Shown here piece after piece: positions 44,398-56,423 of a stretch of 64,000 bases of DNA. Source of the DNA: Vicinamibacterales bacterium (lineage in GTDB: Bacteria > Acidobacteriota > Vicinamibacteria > Vicinamibacterales > UBA8438); assembly GCA_965262925.1 (NCBI GenBank), contig CBDHGC010000003.1, positions 1,551,907 to 1,615,906 of the forward strand, in the 5' to 3' direction. Made by a program: the position numbers and the translations under genes. Position 1 is the first letter of the stretch. Each line of letters starts with the position of its first letter. The notes beneath the pieces are model-generated. The model made no database searches, was not told the origin of the DNA, and saw only the letters and a list, made by a program, of their open reading frames with translations.

Positions 44398-46887
44398 CTA
44401 GAAGAACCGCACCGAGTAGTTCAGCCTGACCCCACGGCCCATCTCCGGGGCCAGATCCTTGATGAACGAGGTGTGGTTGCGATAGAGCGCGTTCGTCAGG
44501 TTGTAGCCCGTGAAGGACAGGATGTGCGCCGTGTGCTGCCGCGGCCAGACGTAGGAGGCGCGCAGGTTGACGATGGAGTAGCCGTCGGTCTCCGTCTCGT
44601 CCCGGAACACGTCTGCCTGGTGCCCCGCGAACTCCAATTGCGGGCTGAGCGTGAATCCGCCGTAGGGGATGTCGAGGCTCAGGGTCCCGCGCAGCGGCGG
44701 GATGCGCGGCAGCGGTTCGCCCATCGACGTCAGGGTCGCATCGACGTAGCCGATGCCGAGCGTCGCCCAGGCGTTGCCGCCCAGCAAAACGCTGCTCCTG
44801 GCGTCGAAGCCGACGAAGCGGCTGTCGCCCTGGAGGAAGTCCAGGACCGGCAGGTTGTCTGCCAATTCTCCGGTGCGGTCGCCGAAGATGAAGTTGTCGA
44901 TGGAGTAGACGTAGCCGTTCAGGTTGCTGCGCACGCGGTCCGTCTGGTGGCGGAAGCTCACGTCGATGCCGAGCGTCGTCTCCGCTTCCAGAGCGGGATT
45001 GCCCACCTCGAAGGCGAGATTCCCGACGTGCGGGCCGAAGTTGTAGAGCTCCTCGAGCGCCGGCGCGCGGTGCGAGTGGGTGAGGTTGGCGACGAAGGCG
45101 CTGTCGGCGCCGACATCGGCGTGCAGGCCGACGGAGGCCGACGCACCGAGGAACTGCCGGTCGCGCGGGTCGGGCGCCTCGAGGTGGCGTTCCTCTTCCT
45201 CCTCGTCGTGGTCGTCCTCTTCCTCCTCGTGCCCGTGGTCGTCGTGATCGTCGTCGTCGATGTCGTGGTCGTCTTCCTCCGCGTCGTGGTGCTCCTCTGC
45301 GTCCTCGTCGTGGTCGTCGTGTCCCCCGACGCGCTCCGCGGTCCGGTAGTCGTTCTGTTCGATGCGGCCGCCGAACTGCAGCCGGACGCGTCCGAAGTTG
45401 ATCTCTTCGTAGGCGAAGGCGGCAAAGGAAGCCTGGTCGGTCCGCGGGGCCAGCGCCTCGGCGCCGACCGCCTCGAAGTCGCGGAGTTGGGTCCAGGCCC
45501 CGAACCTGCCCGAGAAACGGTCCGTCTGCTGCTGATCGACGTCGGCCCGCAGGATGTAGGTCCGGTTCGTGAACCGCGTGCCGATGCTTTCGATGCTCTG
45601 CTCGACCTCCAGCTCGTCGTGGTTCCAGTCGATGACGTTCAGCGCGACGCGCACGCCTTCGATGACGCTGTTGCTCAGGTTCCGCAGGCCGATGTCGAAG
45701 CGCCCGACGCGGCGGTGTGACTCGAGATCGATCTCGATCTCTTCTTCGTGATCGTCCCCGTCCTCGCCGTGGTCCTCTTCCTCTTCCGCGTCGTGGTCGT
45801 CGTGGTCGTCGTGGTCGTCCTCCTCCGCGTTGTGGTCGTCGCCGTGATCGTCGTGATGACCGTGGAACTCGTCCGCGAACGGCACGCCATAGCGGCCATC
45901 CTCCACCGTGAATCCGCCGCTGGCGAAGAACCGACCGCCGAACCAGCCGAGACCGGCCCGCGCATTCGTCAGCTCGGTAGCGGAGTTCTCGATGGTTCCC
46001 GCGGGCGTGTCGTAGTCGTCCGTGCGCCGCATGCTGCCGCCGCCCCAGACGAGCACGTTGTTCCGCGAGAACTGCAGGCTCGCGGTGGTGCCCGCCTCGG
46101 CGTTTGCGCTGCCGACGTTGGTGCCGAACTGTGCCCGCGTCCCCTCGAACAGCGACTCGCGGTAGCTCTCGTGGGGCGTGATGACGTTGACGAGGCCGCC
46201 GACCGCGTTCGACCCGTAGAGCAGCGTCGCCGGCCCGCGCACGATCTCGATCCGCTCGGCGCCGTTCGGGTCGATCGTGATGCCGTGGTCGCCGGACTGG
46301 CTGGACAGGTCGCCGGTGCGGAGCCCGTCCTCGAGAATGAGCACCCGGTCGCCGTCGAAGCCGCGGATGACCGGCCGGCTCGACCCGGGGCCGAAGCTGC
46401 GGCTCGCAATCCCGGGTTCGTTCCGCAGCGCTTCGCCGAGGCTGGCGGCCGACTCTCTCGTGATGTCGAACGAGTCCAGGGTGGTGACGGCGTTGAACGC
46501 CTCGAACGTCGTCTCGGTCCCGCCCACCGAGGCGGTCACCGTTACGTCCTCGTGCACGGGCGAGAGGCCGAGCACGAAGTCCACCGTCGCGTCCCCGCCC
46601 GGATCGACGGTCACCATCTGCCGCCCGGCGGTCAGGTGCTCGCGTTGCGCAAGTACCTCGTAGGAGCCTGCCGGCACGCTGTCCATCTCGAACATCCCCT
46701 GCTCGTCGGTCAGTGCGAAGTCGCCCGTGCCGACAACGAGGACCACCGCGCCGTGAACGGCACCCCCGTTCTCTTCCAGCGTCACGGTGCCGCGCACCGC
46801 GCCGTTCTCCTGCGCCACTACCCTGGTTGAAGCGCCGGCGGCGGCCACGGCGGCCACCGCGAGACATGTAGCAATCAATCGGTACAT
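44398..46887 (-). CDS. TonB-dependent receptor with N-terminal carboxypeptidase-regulatory-like domain and two His/Asp/Glu-rich inserts
   Basis: 829 aa counted from the internal ATG 46887. Signal MYRLIATCLAVAAVAAAGA. CarbopepD_reg-like region GAVRGTVTLEENGGAVHGAVVLVVGTG. Plug motifs IEIVRGPATLLYGSNAVGG. C-terminal ..LNYSVRFF. The inserts are encoded at 45733-45870 and 45184-45322. Confidence 0.88.
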   Translation of the reverse strand: MYRLIATCLAVAAVAAAGASTRVVAQENGAVRGTVTLEENGGAVHGAVVLVVGTGDFALTDEQGMFEMDSVPAGSYEVLAQREHLTAGRQMVTVDPGGDATVDFVLGLSPVHEDVTVTASVGGTETTFEAFNAVTTLDSFDITRESAASLGEALRNEPGIASRSFGPGSSRPVIRGFDGDRVLILEDGLRTGDLSSQSGDHGITIDPNGAERIEIVRGPATLLYGSNAVGGLVNVITPHESYRESLFEGTRAQFGTNVGSANAEAGTTASLQFSRNNVLVWGGGSMRRTDDYDTPAGTIENSATELTNARAGLGWFGGRFFASGGFTVEDGRYGVPFADEFHGHHDDHGDDHNAEEDDHDDHDDHDAEEEEDHGEDGDDHEEEIEIDLESHRRVGRFDIGLRNLSNSVIEGVRVALNVIDWNHDELEVEQSIESIGTRFTNRTYILRADVDQQQTDRFSGRFGAWTQLRDFEAVGAEALAPRTDQASFAAFAYEEINFGRVRLQFGGRIEQNDYRTAERVGGHDDHDEDAEEHHDAEEDDHDIDDDDHDDHGHEEEEDDHDEEEEERHLEAPDPRDRQFLGASASVGLHADVGADSAFVANLTHSHRAPALEELYNFGPHVGNLAFEVGNPALEAETTLGIDVSFRHQTDRVRSNLNGYVYSIDNFIFGDRTGELADNLPVLDFLQGDSRFVGFDARSSVLLGGNAWATLGIGYVDATLTSMGEPLPRIPPLRGTLSLDIPYGGFTLSPQLEFAGHQADVFRDETETDGYSIVNLRASYVWPRQHTAHILSFTGYNLTNALYRNHTSFIKDLAPEMGRGVRLNYSVRFF

Positions 46888-47138
46888 CGATTTCCCTTCC
46901 CGAGTTCCCCAACTCTTCACGAACCTGTTCCGGTCGCCCTCGTGCGATGCGGGCCGCGCGTGCAGGGCATCCCCTGACCACATCAGGAGACAGGATCCCG
47001 AACCCGGCGTCGGACGAGGAGCCCGAGCGGTCCGGGAGAGACGGCACTCACGCCCGGCGCACGTGCTCATGCAACTCGGGTGCGCGCCGGCTCGACGGCG
47101 GTCGCGACACGACGAACGAAATCAGCGGGTGGCGGGAA

Positions 47139-47426
47139 CTAGGCGGGTGGGGCGCGGGCCGGGAGGCGACGGGTGTGACCGGATGCGATCCATCCGGCGG
47201 CGGGAGCCTGCTCGAGCGGCTCCGGGACGTCCGTCAACCCGACGTGCAGGGATCCGGACAGTTGGGCGGCAGGCTGGTGTCGGAGCTGGCAGACCGCGCA
47301 ATCCTGATCGGTTGCGTGCTCCTCGTGCCAGGTGGCCGCGGCGGATGTAGCACCGACCAGCGCTATCGCCAGGATGGCGATCCAGACGCGCCAGCCAGGG
47401 CTACGTCGTGCGAGCCCTGTGTGCAT
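47139..47426 (-). CDS. small membrane/exported protein with CxxC motif, unknown function
   Basis: 95 aa counted from ATG 47426 (AGGAGG 4 nt upstream): MHTGLARRSPGWRVWIAILAIALVGATSAAATWHEEHATDQDCAVCQLRH.. It sits upstream of the TonB receptor on the same strand. Confidence 0.5.
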   Translation of the reverse strand: MHTGLARRSPGWRVWIAILAIALVGATSAAATWHEEHATDQDCAVCQLRHQPAAQLSGSLHVGLTDVPEPLEQAPAAGWIASGHTRRLPARAPPA

Positions 47427-47491
47427 GGGTCCTCCTGTGACCATTGAATCTTCAACGCTAGCAGAGACCGAGCCGGGCGGCAAGGGCGGGC

Positions 47492-48265
47492 TCACGGCGA
47501 CAGGTCGACGCCGACCGGGCAGTGATCCGATCCGGTAACGTGCGGCCAGATGAAGGCGTCGCTGACCCGCCGCGCCGCGGACGGGGACGCCAGCACGTAG
47601 TCGATGCGCCACCCGACGTTGTTCTCGCGGGCGCCGCCCCACTGCCGCCACCACGTGTAGTAACCCGCTTCGCCGGGATGGCGGGCGCGGAACGTGTCCA
47701 CCCAGCCCGCGTCGATCCAGCGCGTCAGCTCCGCGCGCTCTTCCCGCAGGAAGCCGCTGGTCCTCGTGTTGGCGGCAGGCCGCGCGAGATCGATCGGCTC
47801 GCGCGCCGTGTTGTAGTCGCCGATGACGAAGACCGGCCCGCGGCGTCGCAGGGCTTGCAGCCGGTCGAAGAGCGCCGCGTAGAAGTCGAGCTTGTAGGGC
47901 ACGCGGCGGTTGTCCCGGTCGCGGCCGCTGCCCTTGGGGAAGTAGACCGACGCCACCGCCAGCCGTCCGAAGCGGGCGATGACCAGGCGGCCCTCGACGT
48001 CGAAGCGCGGTTCCCCCAGGGCGGTTTCGACGCGGTCGGGGGGCTCGCGGGAGTAGAGGGCGACGCCGCTGTAGCCGGCCCGCTCGGCGGGGGCGAAGGT
48101 CGCATGCCAGCCGTCCGGTGCGCGCACGCCCGGCTCCAGTTGATGCTCGAACGCGCGCACCTCCTGGAGGCCGACGAGGTCGGCCTCGGAGTCGGCCAGG
48201 AAACGCAGGAACCCCTTCCGCGCGCAGGCGCGCAGGCCGTTGACGTTCCAGCTCACGATGCGCAT
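47492..48265 (-). CDS. xth: exodeoxyribonuclease III
   Basis: 257 aa from the internal ATG 48265. Motifs: MRIVSWNVNGLRA, LQEV, VIGDYN, WRIDYVLAS, SDHCPV. Confidence 0.9.
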   Translation of the reverse strand: MRIVSWNVNGLRACARKGFLRFLADSEADLVGLQEVRAFEHQLEPGVRAPDGWHATFAPAERAGYSGVALYSREPPDRVETALGEPRFDVEGRLVIARFGRLAVASVYFPKGSGRDRDNRRVPYKLDFYAALFDRLQALRRRGPVFVIGDYNTAREPIDLARPAANTRTSGFLREERAELTRWIDAGWVDTFRARHPGEAGYYTWWRQWGGARENNVGWRIDYVLASPSAARRVSDAFIWPHVTGSDHCPVGVDLSP

Positions 48266-48269
48266 GGCG

Positions 48270-48565
48270 TCACGGGCTCCAATCCTGCTCCACGTCGAAG
48301 GCCACGACGTTGCGCGCCTCGCGGCTGAGCGCGACACCCATCAGGTGGATCGCGCGCCCGGACGCACGGTGCTTCTCCGCGTAGTCCCGTTCCCTGAGTT
48401 GCGCCAGGGCCGACCCGGTCCCCGCCTGCTCCAAAGTGGGTGCCGGCCTCGTCCGCGAGTCGGCGGGCGTAACCGGTCTTGTCGACGGATGTCCTCGTCG
48501 GGGCTTTCTCGTCGGCGCCACGCCGACGAGAGAACGGTTGCCTCCCACACCCGGTGGGCACGGCG
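48270..48565 (-). pseudogene. internally deleted remnant of an AAA-ATPase_like + PD-(D/E)XK (PDDEXK_9-type) gene
   Basis: One frame gives the N-terminal ..SVDKTGYARRLADEAGTHF (compare YVDKTAYARRLADDAGKHYF in 57354..58916). A second frame gives the C-terminal GSALAQLRERDYAEKHRASGRAIHLMGVALSREARNVVAFDVEQ (compare AGAALAQLQARGYADKYRAPGRTVHLIGVEISAESRDVTTFDTV). About 1.25 kb of interior is missing. Confidence 0.7.
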
Positions 48566-48664
48566 AGGATGTCAGGCAGAAGTTCGCATTCGGCGAGGTT
48601 GGCGTGGTAAGAAGGACCTGAACGAGCGACGCCTCTCTATGCCTCTGCCGGTCACTGAGACAGG

Positions 48665-48916
48665 TCAGCCGACCAGGAAGTCGAGCGCCTTGACGAGTCC
48701 GACGCCGGCGGCGACGGTCCCGTACAACTTCAGCGTGAGGCGCAACTCGAGCTTTTCCATGTCAGCTCGGACCAGCGCGATGTCGCTCTTCGTCGCGACG
48801 TTCTCCCCGATGGCAACGCTGATCTGCTCGGTGACCGCTTCAGCCTGCTCGTCACTGAAACCGGCGTGGCGCAACGCCTTGACGGCCCTGTGCGTGTCGA
48901 AGGCGAGCGTAGTCAT
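48665..48916 (-). CDS. DUF1640-like small coiled-coil membrane protein
   Basis: 83 aa from ATG 48916: MTTLAFDTHRAVKALRHAGFSDEQAEAVTEQIS..ADMEKLELRLTLKLYGTVAAGVGLVKALDFLVG. Confidence 0.7.
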   Translation of the reverse strand: MTTLAFDTHRAVKALRHAGFSDEQAEAVTEQISVAIGENVATKSDIALVRADMEKLELRLTLKLYGTVAAGVGLVKALDFLVG

Positions 48917-49012
48917 CAATGTGCTTCCAGATTCTGACCGCTGATTCCGACGGTAGCAGGATGCCCGCACCGCGGCAAGTGTGACCTCGCCGCGGCACGG
49001 GAGCTCCAGTTC

Positions 49013-50977
<1,965 letters not shown>

Positions 50978-51021
50978 AGCGTTCTCCCCTTCGTCGGCAA
51001 CCGGTCTTACGTGTCCGCCGC

Positions 51022-51038
51022 GAGCCCGTGGCGGGCTC
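51022..51038 (-). terminator. small hairpin between the GNAT stop and the acs start (possible terminator or attenuator)
   Basis: On the minus strand GAGCCCG-CCA-CGGGCTC forms a 7-bp stem. It lies 19 nt after the GNAT stop. There is no U-tract. Confidence 0.25.
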
Positions 51039-51056
51039 TCTCGACAGCGCAGCCGA

Positions 51057-51632
51057 TCATGATAGCCGCTTCGTTGCCACCAGCAAGTTACGTGTCCTGC
51101 CGTCCGCCGTCATAACGTAGTCCCACAGCACCGCTTCGCGCTGGAACCCGATCTGCCGGAAGAACGACTGCGCGGCGGTCTGGTCCAGCGTCATCCGCGC
51201 CGTAAGCATCCGCAGATTCAGCGCGCGCGCGATCCATTCCGCCTCGTCCACCAGCAGGCGCGCCAGCCCGCGGCGGCGGTGGGGCGGCGCCACCTGGAGC
51301 CGGATCTCGCCGAGATGGCGGGTCCAGCTCGTCCGGTTGTGGAGCAGGCTGGCCTCGCCGGCGACCGCATCGCCGTCGATGGCCAGCACCGTTTCGGTTC
51401 GGCCCGCCTCGATGTAGTGCGCCCAGCGCTCCACGACGCCCGGCTCGGTGATGTTGACCCGCAAGTACAGCAACTCGTCCGGATCGAGGCTCTTCGCGAA
51501 CGCCAGCACCGCCTCGACGTCGTCAGGCGTCATCAGCCGCAACGTCACCGTCCCCCCGTCGGCCAGCGTGACCGTGCGCGGGTAGCGCGCCTGAACCGCG
51601 GCGGCGCCGCCTCCGGCCGTCTCGGGCGCCAT
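51057..51632 (-). CDS. GNAT-family N-acetyltransferase
   Basis: 191 aa from the internal ATG 51632, which overlaps the glcB stop (TGATG). The sequence ..[28 protein letters not shown].. contains the acetyl-CoA motif A (R-R-R-G-L-A). Confidence 0.8.
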   Translation of the reverse strand: MAPETAGGGAAAVQARYPRTVTLADGGTVTLRLMTPDDVEAVLAFAKSLDPDELLYLRVNITEPGVVERWAHYIEAGRTETVLAIDGDAVAGEASLLHNRTSWTRHLGEIRLQVAPPHRRRGLARLLVDEAEWIARALNLRMLTARMTLDQTAAQSFFRQIGFQREAVLWDYVMTADGRTRNLLVATKRLS

Positions 51633-53812
51633 CACCCGCGCCCGCCGTACTTCGCCTTCGCCTCCTGGCGCCGCGCATGGAGGATCGGCTCCGTGTAGCC
51701 GCTCGGCTGCTCGCGTCCCTTGAACACCAGGTCGCAGGCCGCCTGGAAGGCGACGCTGTCGTCGAAGTTCGGCGCCATCGGCCGGTAGTTCGGATCGCCC
51801 GCGTTCTGCCCGTCGACCACCGCGGCCATCCGCTGCAGCGTCTCGCGCACCTGCGCCTCGGTGCAGATGCCGTGGTGCAGCCAGTTGCAGATGTGCTGGC
51901 TCGAGATGCGCAGCGTGGCGCGGTCCTCCATCAGCCCGATGTTGTTGATGTCGGGCACCTTGGAGCAGCCGATGCCCTGATCGATCCAGCGCACGACGTA
52001 GCCCAGGATGCCCTGGGCGTTGTTGTCCAGCTCCTGCTGGATCTCTTCCGCCGACCAGTTGGGGTTCTCTTCGCGCGGAATCGTCAGGATCTTGTCGAGA
52101 TCGGCCCGCGGGCGAGAACGCAGCTCGGCCTGCCGCTCGGCGACGTCCACCTGGTGATAGTGGGTCGCGTGCAGCGTGGCAGCGGTGGGCGAGGGCACCC
52201 AGGCGGTGTTCGCGCCCTGCCGCGGGTGGCCGATCTTGGCCTTCATCATGTCCGCCATCAGGTCGGGCATCGCCCACATGCCCTTGCCGATCTGGGCATG
52301 GCCGGGCAGGCCGGTCTCCAGGCCGATGTCCACGTTCCAGTCTTCGTAGGTGACCATCCAGTCGGCGGTCTTCATCTCCTTCTTGCGGATCATCGGCCCC
52401 GCTTCCATCGCGGTGTGCATCTCGTCGCCGGTGCGGTCGAGGAAGCCGGTGTTGATGAAGAAGACGCGCTCCTTGGCGGCGCGCACGCACTCCTTCAGGT
52501 TCACCGTCGTCCGCCGCTCCTCGTCCATGATGCCGATCTTGATCGTGTGGCGGTCGAGACCGAGGACATCCTCCACCTGCGCCAGCGTCCGATCGCAGAA
52601 GGCCACTTCTTCCGGCCCGTGCATCTTCGGCTTGACGATGTAGATGGAGCCGGCCCGGCTGTTTTTGCCGCTCTTCACGTCGTGGACGGCGATCATCGAG
52701 GAGATCATCGCGTCGAGGATCCCTTCCGGCGTCTCGTTGCCGTTCTTGTCGAGAATGGCGGGGTTGGTCATCAGGTGCCCGACGTTGCGGATCAGCATCA
52801 GGCTGATCCCCGGCAGGGTCACCGTCGAGCCGTCCGGCGCGGTGTACTCGCGGGGCGCGTTCATCGCCCGGTCGACCATCCGGCCGCTCTTCTCGAAGCG
52901 GTCGGTCAGGTCGCCCTTGATCAGGCCGAGCCAGTTCCGGTAGGCGACCACCTTGTCCTCGGCGTCCACGCACGAGACCGAGTCCTCAAGGTCCATGATC
53001 GTCGTCGTCGCCGCCTCCAGCACGATGTCCTTGATGCCGGCGTCGTCGTCCCGGCCGACCGGGTGGTTGCGGTCGATGGCGATCTCGATGTGGAGGCCGT
53101 TGTTGCCGAGCAGCACCGCCGACGGCGCGCCGGCGTTGCCGCGATACCCGGCGAACTTCGACGCGTCGGCCAGCCCCGTCGTGCTGCCGTTCTTCAGCGT
53201 AACGCTTAGGGCGCCGTGCGCCACCGCGTAGGAGGTCGCGTCGGCGTGGCTGCCTGCGGCCAGCGGCGCGGCGGCGTCGAGGAACTCGCGGGAGCGGGCG
53301 ATCACGTGGGCCCCGCGCACGGGGTTGTACTTGGCGGTGCGTTCGCAGCCGCCGTCCTCGGGAATGACGTCGGTGCCGTAGAGCGCGTCGTACAGACTGC
53401 CCCAGCGGGCGTTGGCGGCGTTCAGCGCGTAGCGCGGGTTCGTGACCGGGACAACGAGCTGCGGGCCGGCAATGGTCGAGATCTCCGGGTCGACGTTGGC
53501 CGTGGTCGCCGAGAAGTCCTCGCCCTCCGGCACCAGGTAGCCGATCTCCTGGAGGACGGTCTTGTACTCGGCGAGGTCGATCGGCTCGTCGCGGTTCTCG
53601 CTGTACCACGCGTCGATGCGCCGCTGCAGGTCGTCGCGCTTGGCAAGCAGCTCGCGGTTGCGCGGCGCCAGACCGTGCACCAACCGGTCGAACCCGGACC
53701 AGAACGCTTCCGGGGAGACGCCGGTTCCCGGCAGCGCCTCGTCGTTGATGAAGTCGTACAGCTCCTTGTCGACCTGGAGTCCGCCGGCCGCTATCCGATC
53801 CGTATCCGTCAT
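51632..53812 (-). CDS. glcB: malate synthase G
   Basis: 726 aa. Motifs: [76 protein letters not shown]. Confidence 0.95.
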   Translation of the reverse strand: MTDTDRIAAGGLQVDKELYDFINDEALPGTGVSPEAFWSGFDRLVHGLAPRNRELLAKRDDLQRRIDAWYSENRDEPIDLAEYKTVLQEIGYLVPEGEDFSATTANVDPEISTIAGPQLVVPVTNPRYALNAANARWGSLYDALYGTDVIPEDGGCERTAKYNPVRGAHVIARSREFLDAAAPLAAGSHADATSYAVAHGALSVTLKNGSTTGLADASKFAGYRGNAGAPSAVLLGNNGLHIEIAIDRNHPVGRDDDAGIKDIVLEAATTTIMDLEDSVSCVDAEDKVVAYRNWLGLIKGDLTDRFEKSGRMVDRAMNAPREYTAPDGSTVTLPGISLMLIRNVGHLMTNPAILDKNGNETPEGILDAMISSMIAVHDVKSGKNSRAGSIYIVKPKMHGPEEVAFCDRTLAQVEDVLGLDRHTIKIGIMDEERRTTVNLKECVRAAKERVFFINTGFLDRTGDEMHTAMEAGPMIRKKEMKTADWMVTYEDWNVDIGLETGLPGHAQIGKGMWAMPDLMADMMKAKIGHPRQGANTAWVPSPTAATLHATHYHQVDVAERQAELRSRPRADLDKILTIPREENPNWSAEEIQQELDNNAQGILGYVVRWIDQGIGCSKVPDINNIGLMEDRATLRISSQHICNWLHHGICTEAQVRETLQRMAAVVDGQNAGDPNYRPMAPNFDDSVAFQAACDLVFKGREQPSGYTEPILHARRQEAKAKYGGRG

Positions 53813-53854
53813 GCCTTCCCCCTGCTTGCCGATTCCATGGGGCGCACACCGCGG

Positions 53855-53880
53855 CGCGCCCGGCAGGGGGATTCTACTCT
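53855..53880 (-). promoter_or_regulatory. 26-nt promoter-like motif upstream of glcB (AGAGTAGAATCCCCCTGCCGGGCGCG on the minus strand)
   Basis: The TAGAAT hexamer is at 53876-53871, ~60 nt upstream of ATG 53812. 23 of 26 nt are identical to 57204-57229. Confidence 0.35.
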
Positions 53881-54831
53881 GGCGGTGCGGATCGGGTCTT
53901 GTGGGGACAGGAACGTGATCCCGCGATGCGCACCGTCAGGCCGACGCGCCCAGACTGACCCGTCAATCGACAGGGCTGTTGTCCGACGGCTCCGAGTCGT
54001 CGTCGATGAGCGATGGCGACAGCAGTTCGATTCGCCGAAAAGCTTCCTCGGACCCGAGTCCCCCGTAGCCGAGGACGTCATTGTTCCGAATCCGTTCGAT
54101 GATTCTTACAATCGAACTCGCACGTGCGGTTGCCGCATCGTCGCCGCTTTGCCGCGCTCTGTCGAGCTCTTTATATTTCGCAAGCAAGGGCGATGGCTCG
54201 ACGCCGAAGAGGTCCCGCCCCGGATTCTTGAGTTCCATGGCGGCCAGGATGATGACAGCCTCAAGGTGATGGTCGATCTGTGACCTCTCCGGTCTTGAAT
54301 TGCGGGATAGAAGAAACTCTATGGCCTCGCCGTCTTCGGCTTCTCCGCTCCTGAACCGTTCGTACAGGCCCAGATCGAGGGTTCGCATCACCAGCGCCAC
54401 CGTCGCAGCCAGGGCAAACGCATGCATGTCCTTTCGTAGCGAGGCGAACACCAGACCGAGCCGGTGGATGGACTGTGCAACTCGCCGAAGGCTGAGGTCG
54501 GAACCGACGAAGAGCGCCACCAGCCAATCTCTGACGCTCTCATAGTTGTTTCCCAATGTGCCTTTTTCGGGTGAGTTCCGAAAGTAATCCTCGATTCCCA
54601 CCCTCTGAAGGGCGGTCTCTATGAACGCGCCGCGCTCCGCTTCAGGCAGGCGGAAGTCGATGTCGAAGAATCGTCGCAGATATCCTTCAGCATCAAACCC
54701 GCTGCCGTATACGGCGCGAATGGAGTGGGCCAACTGGGAGCGATTGACGGCGAGAACAAACACAACTCCGTCCACAGAGAAGAAGTGTTTGGCTGTTTCG
54801 AGCAGCTCGACGGCGTAGGAAGGCCGGCATC

Positions 54832-56423
54832 GGGCGCATTCCCGATTTCCCGGAACAGTGTGTAGGCAAAGATGGACTGTGAGGCTGGGGGAGGTTGAGC
54901 CGGTCTTCGGACAGACGGGGAGGGTGGTACTGGACATTACGGCTCGGACTGCCCATGATGGTGCGTTGAAATGGACAAGAGCGCCATCGACACCCCGAGC
55001 CGCGAGATCGGTCTTCGCAACATTCCCGTCCACCTGCGCACTGCCCTCCGGCGGGCGCTGGAGTTTGAGGCGCGTGCTCCAGCGCCCAGGTCGGCAGAGG
55101 AAGCGGAGCAGTGCGAAGAGCAGCTGCGGGCCATCGCGGACGAGTTCTTCGGCGCCCTCCTCACCCCCGTGCTGCAACGCGCGGTGTGCTCCGCCGCGGT
55201 TGGCGACGCGGCGAGCGCCCTCGTGCGCCACCTGCCCCGGCGGATGCGGAGCGACGGCCTGGAGACCGTCAACGTTCGCACCTCCCGGGGCACGACGGTG
55301 CCGGTCACGACGCCGTACTACCGCGAGAAACACGCCCGTCGGGCGAAGCGGAGGCCGGGACTCTACCCAGGACTCTACCCCGCCTTGGTGGTGCTGGGCA
55401 TCTACGACCGGTGCACGCCGAAGCTGGCCTCGGATGCAAGCCGCGCGGTCGCCATGCTCAGCTCGCTGGCTGAAGCGCAGGCGCAGCTCCGCTCCGACGG
55501 CATCGCCTTGGATATCAAGACCCTCCGCTCGACCGCCTATCGCTACGCTGCGCGGGCCCGAGCGGCCCAGCGGAGCGCGGCGTGCGGCCTGCTGGACCGC
55601 GTGACCGGGAAGCGGGTGGTCGTCTCCCTCGACGGGGGCCGCGTCCGCGTGAGGCGCAAGAAGCGTGGCCCCAAGACGAAGAAGGGGCGCAACCGATTCC
55701 ATACCGACTGGAAGGAACCGAAGCTCCTCATCCTGTACGTCGTCGGCGACGACGGGCGACCGTCTCAGACGGGGGCCCCGATCATCGACGGCACGCTCCG
55801 GGGACCGGAGGCGGTCTTCGCCCTGCTGTTGTCGTACGCGCGGCAGATCGGCCTCAACGCCGCTGACAAGGTGCTCTTCATCGCCGACGGCGCGCCCTGG
55901 ATCTGGCGACGCCTCCAGCGCCTCATCGCCGCGCTCGGGCTCTCGCCGACACAGGTGCTGGGGCTGATCGACTTCTATCATGCCGCGAAGCAACTCTCGG
56001 ACGCGGTCAAGCTGCGCCGCTGGAGCGCGACGCAACGCACCCGCTGGCTCAACCGCACGCGGGGGCTGCTCAAGCGAGCACGGGTGGACGAGGTGATCAC
56101 GGCCCTGCGGGAGCTGTGCCGCGGGCGCACGGCCGGCAAGATCCGCACGCACCTCAACTACTTCCTGAAGAACCGTCATCGTTTCGCCTACACCACAATG
56201 GTCGGGCTCGGGCTTCCGCGGGGCAGCGGTGCCGTCGAAAGCGCCATCCGTCGCGTCATCAATCTCCGCATCAAGGGCGCCTCCATCTATTGGCTACCGG
56301 AGAGCGTCGACGCGATTCTTCTCCTGCGGTCTTTCTATAAGTCCGGCAGATGGAACTGTTTGCAGCGGATGGCCATGACGCCGGTGGGTGTGAGCGCGTG
56401 ACCGGGAAATCGGGAATGCGCCC
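54832..56423 (+). mobile_element. ISKra4-like insertion sequence (1,592 bp) with 22-bp perfect IRs and 8-bp target duplication
   Basis: IRL is GGGCGCATTCCCGATTTCCCGG (54832-54853). IRR is its exact complement (56402-56423). It is flanked by CCGGCATC at 54824-54831 and 56424-56431. Confidence 0.9.
54971..56401 (+). CDS. ISKra4-family transposase
   Basis: 476 aa. Motifs: FIADGAPWIW, LIDFYHAAKQL, GSGAVESAIRRVINLRIKGASIYW. Confidence 0.8.
   Translation: MDKSAIDTPSREIGLRNIPVHLRTALRRALEFEARAPAPRSAEEAEQCEEQLRAIADEFFGALLTPVLQRAVCSAAVGDAASALVRHLPRRMRSDGLETVNVRTSRGTTVPVTTPYYREKHARRAKRRPGLYPGLYPALVVLGIYDRCTPKLASDASRAVAMLSSLAEAQAQLRSDGIALDIKTLRSTAYRYAARARAAQRSAACGLLDRVTGKRVVVSLDGGRVRVRRKKRGPKTKKGRNRFHTDWKEPKLLILYVVGDDGRPSQTGAPIIDGTLRGPEAVFALLLSYARQIGLNAADKVLFIADGAPWIWRRLQRLIAALGLSPTQVLGLIDFYHAAKQLSDAVKLRRWSATQRTRWLNRTRGLLKRARVDEVITALRELCRGRTAGKIRTHLNYFLKNRHRFAYTTMVGLGLPRGSGAVESAIRRVINLRIKGASIYWLPESVDAILLLRSFYKSGRWNCLQRMAMTPVGVSA

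Noticed and set aside
45184-45870. Triplet-repeat-like GTCGTGGTCGTC arrays in the TonB receptor gene as a possible CRISPR or other tandem array.
   Set aside because: They are in-frame coding sequence for His/Asp/Glu runs. There is no repeat-spacer periodicity. No CRISPR array, tRNA or rRNA was recognised anywhere in the window.
51007-51097. TTACGTGTCC repeated at 51007-51016 and 51088-51097 around the acs start and GNAT stop, as a possible regulator-binding pair.
   Set aside because: A single 10-nt repeat within ~100 nt is expected by chance several times in 64 kb of biased sequence. One copy is inside coding sequence.
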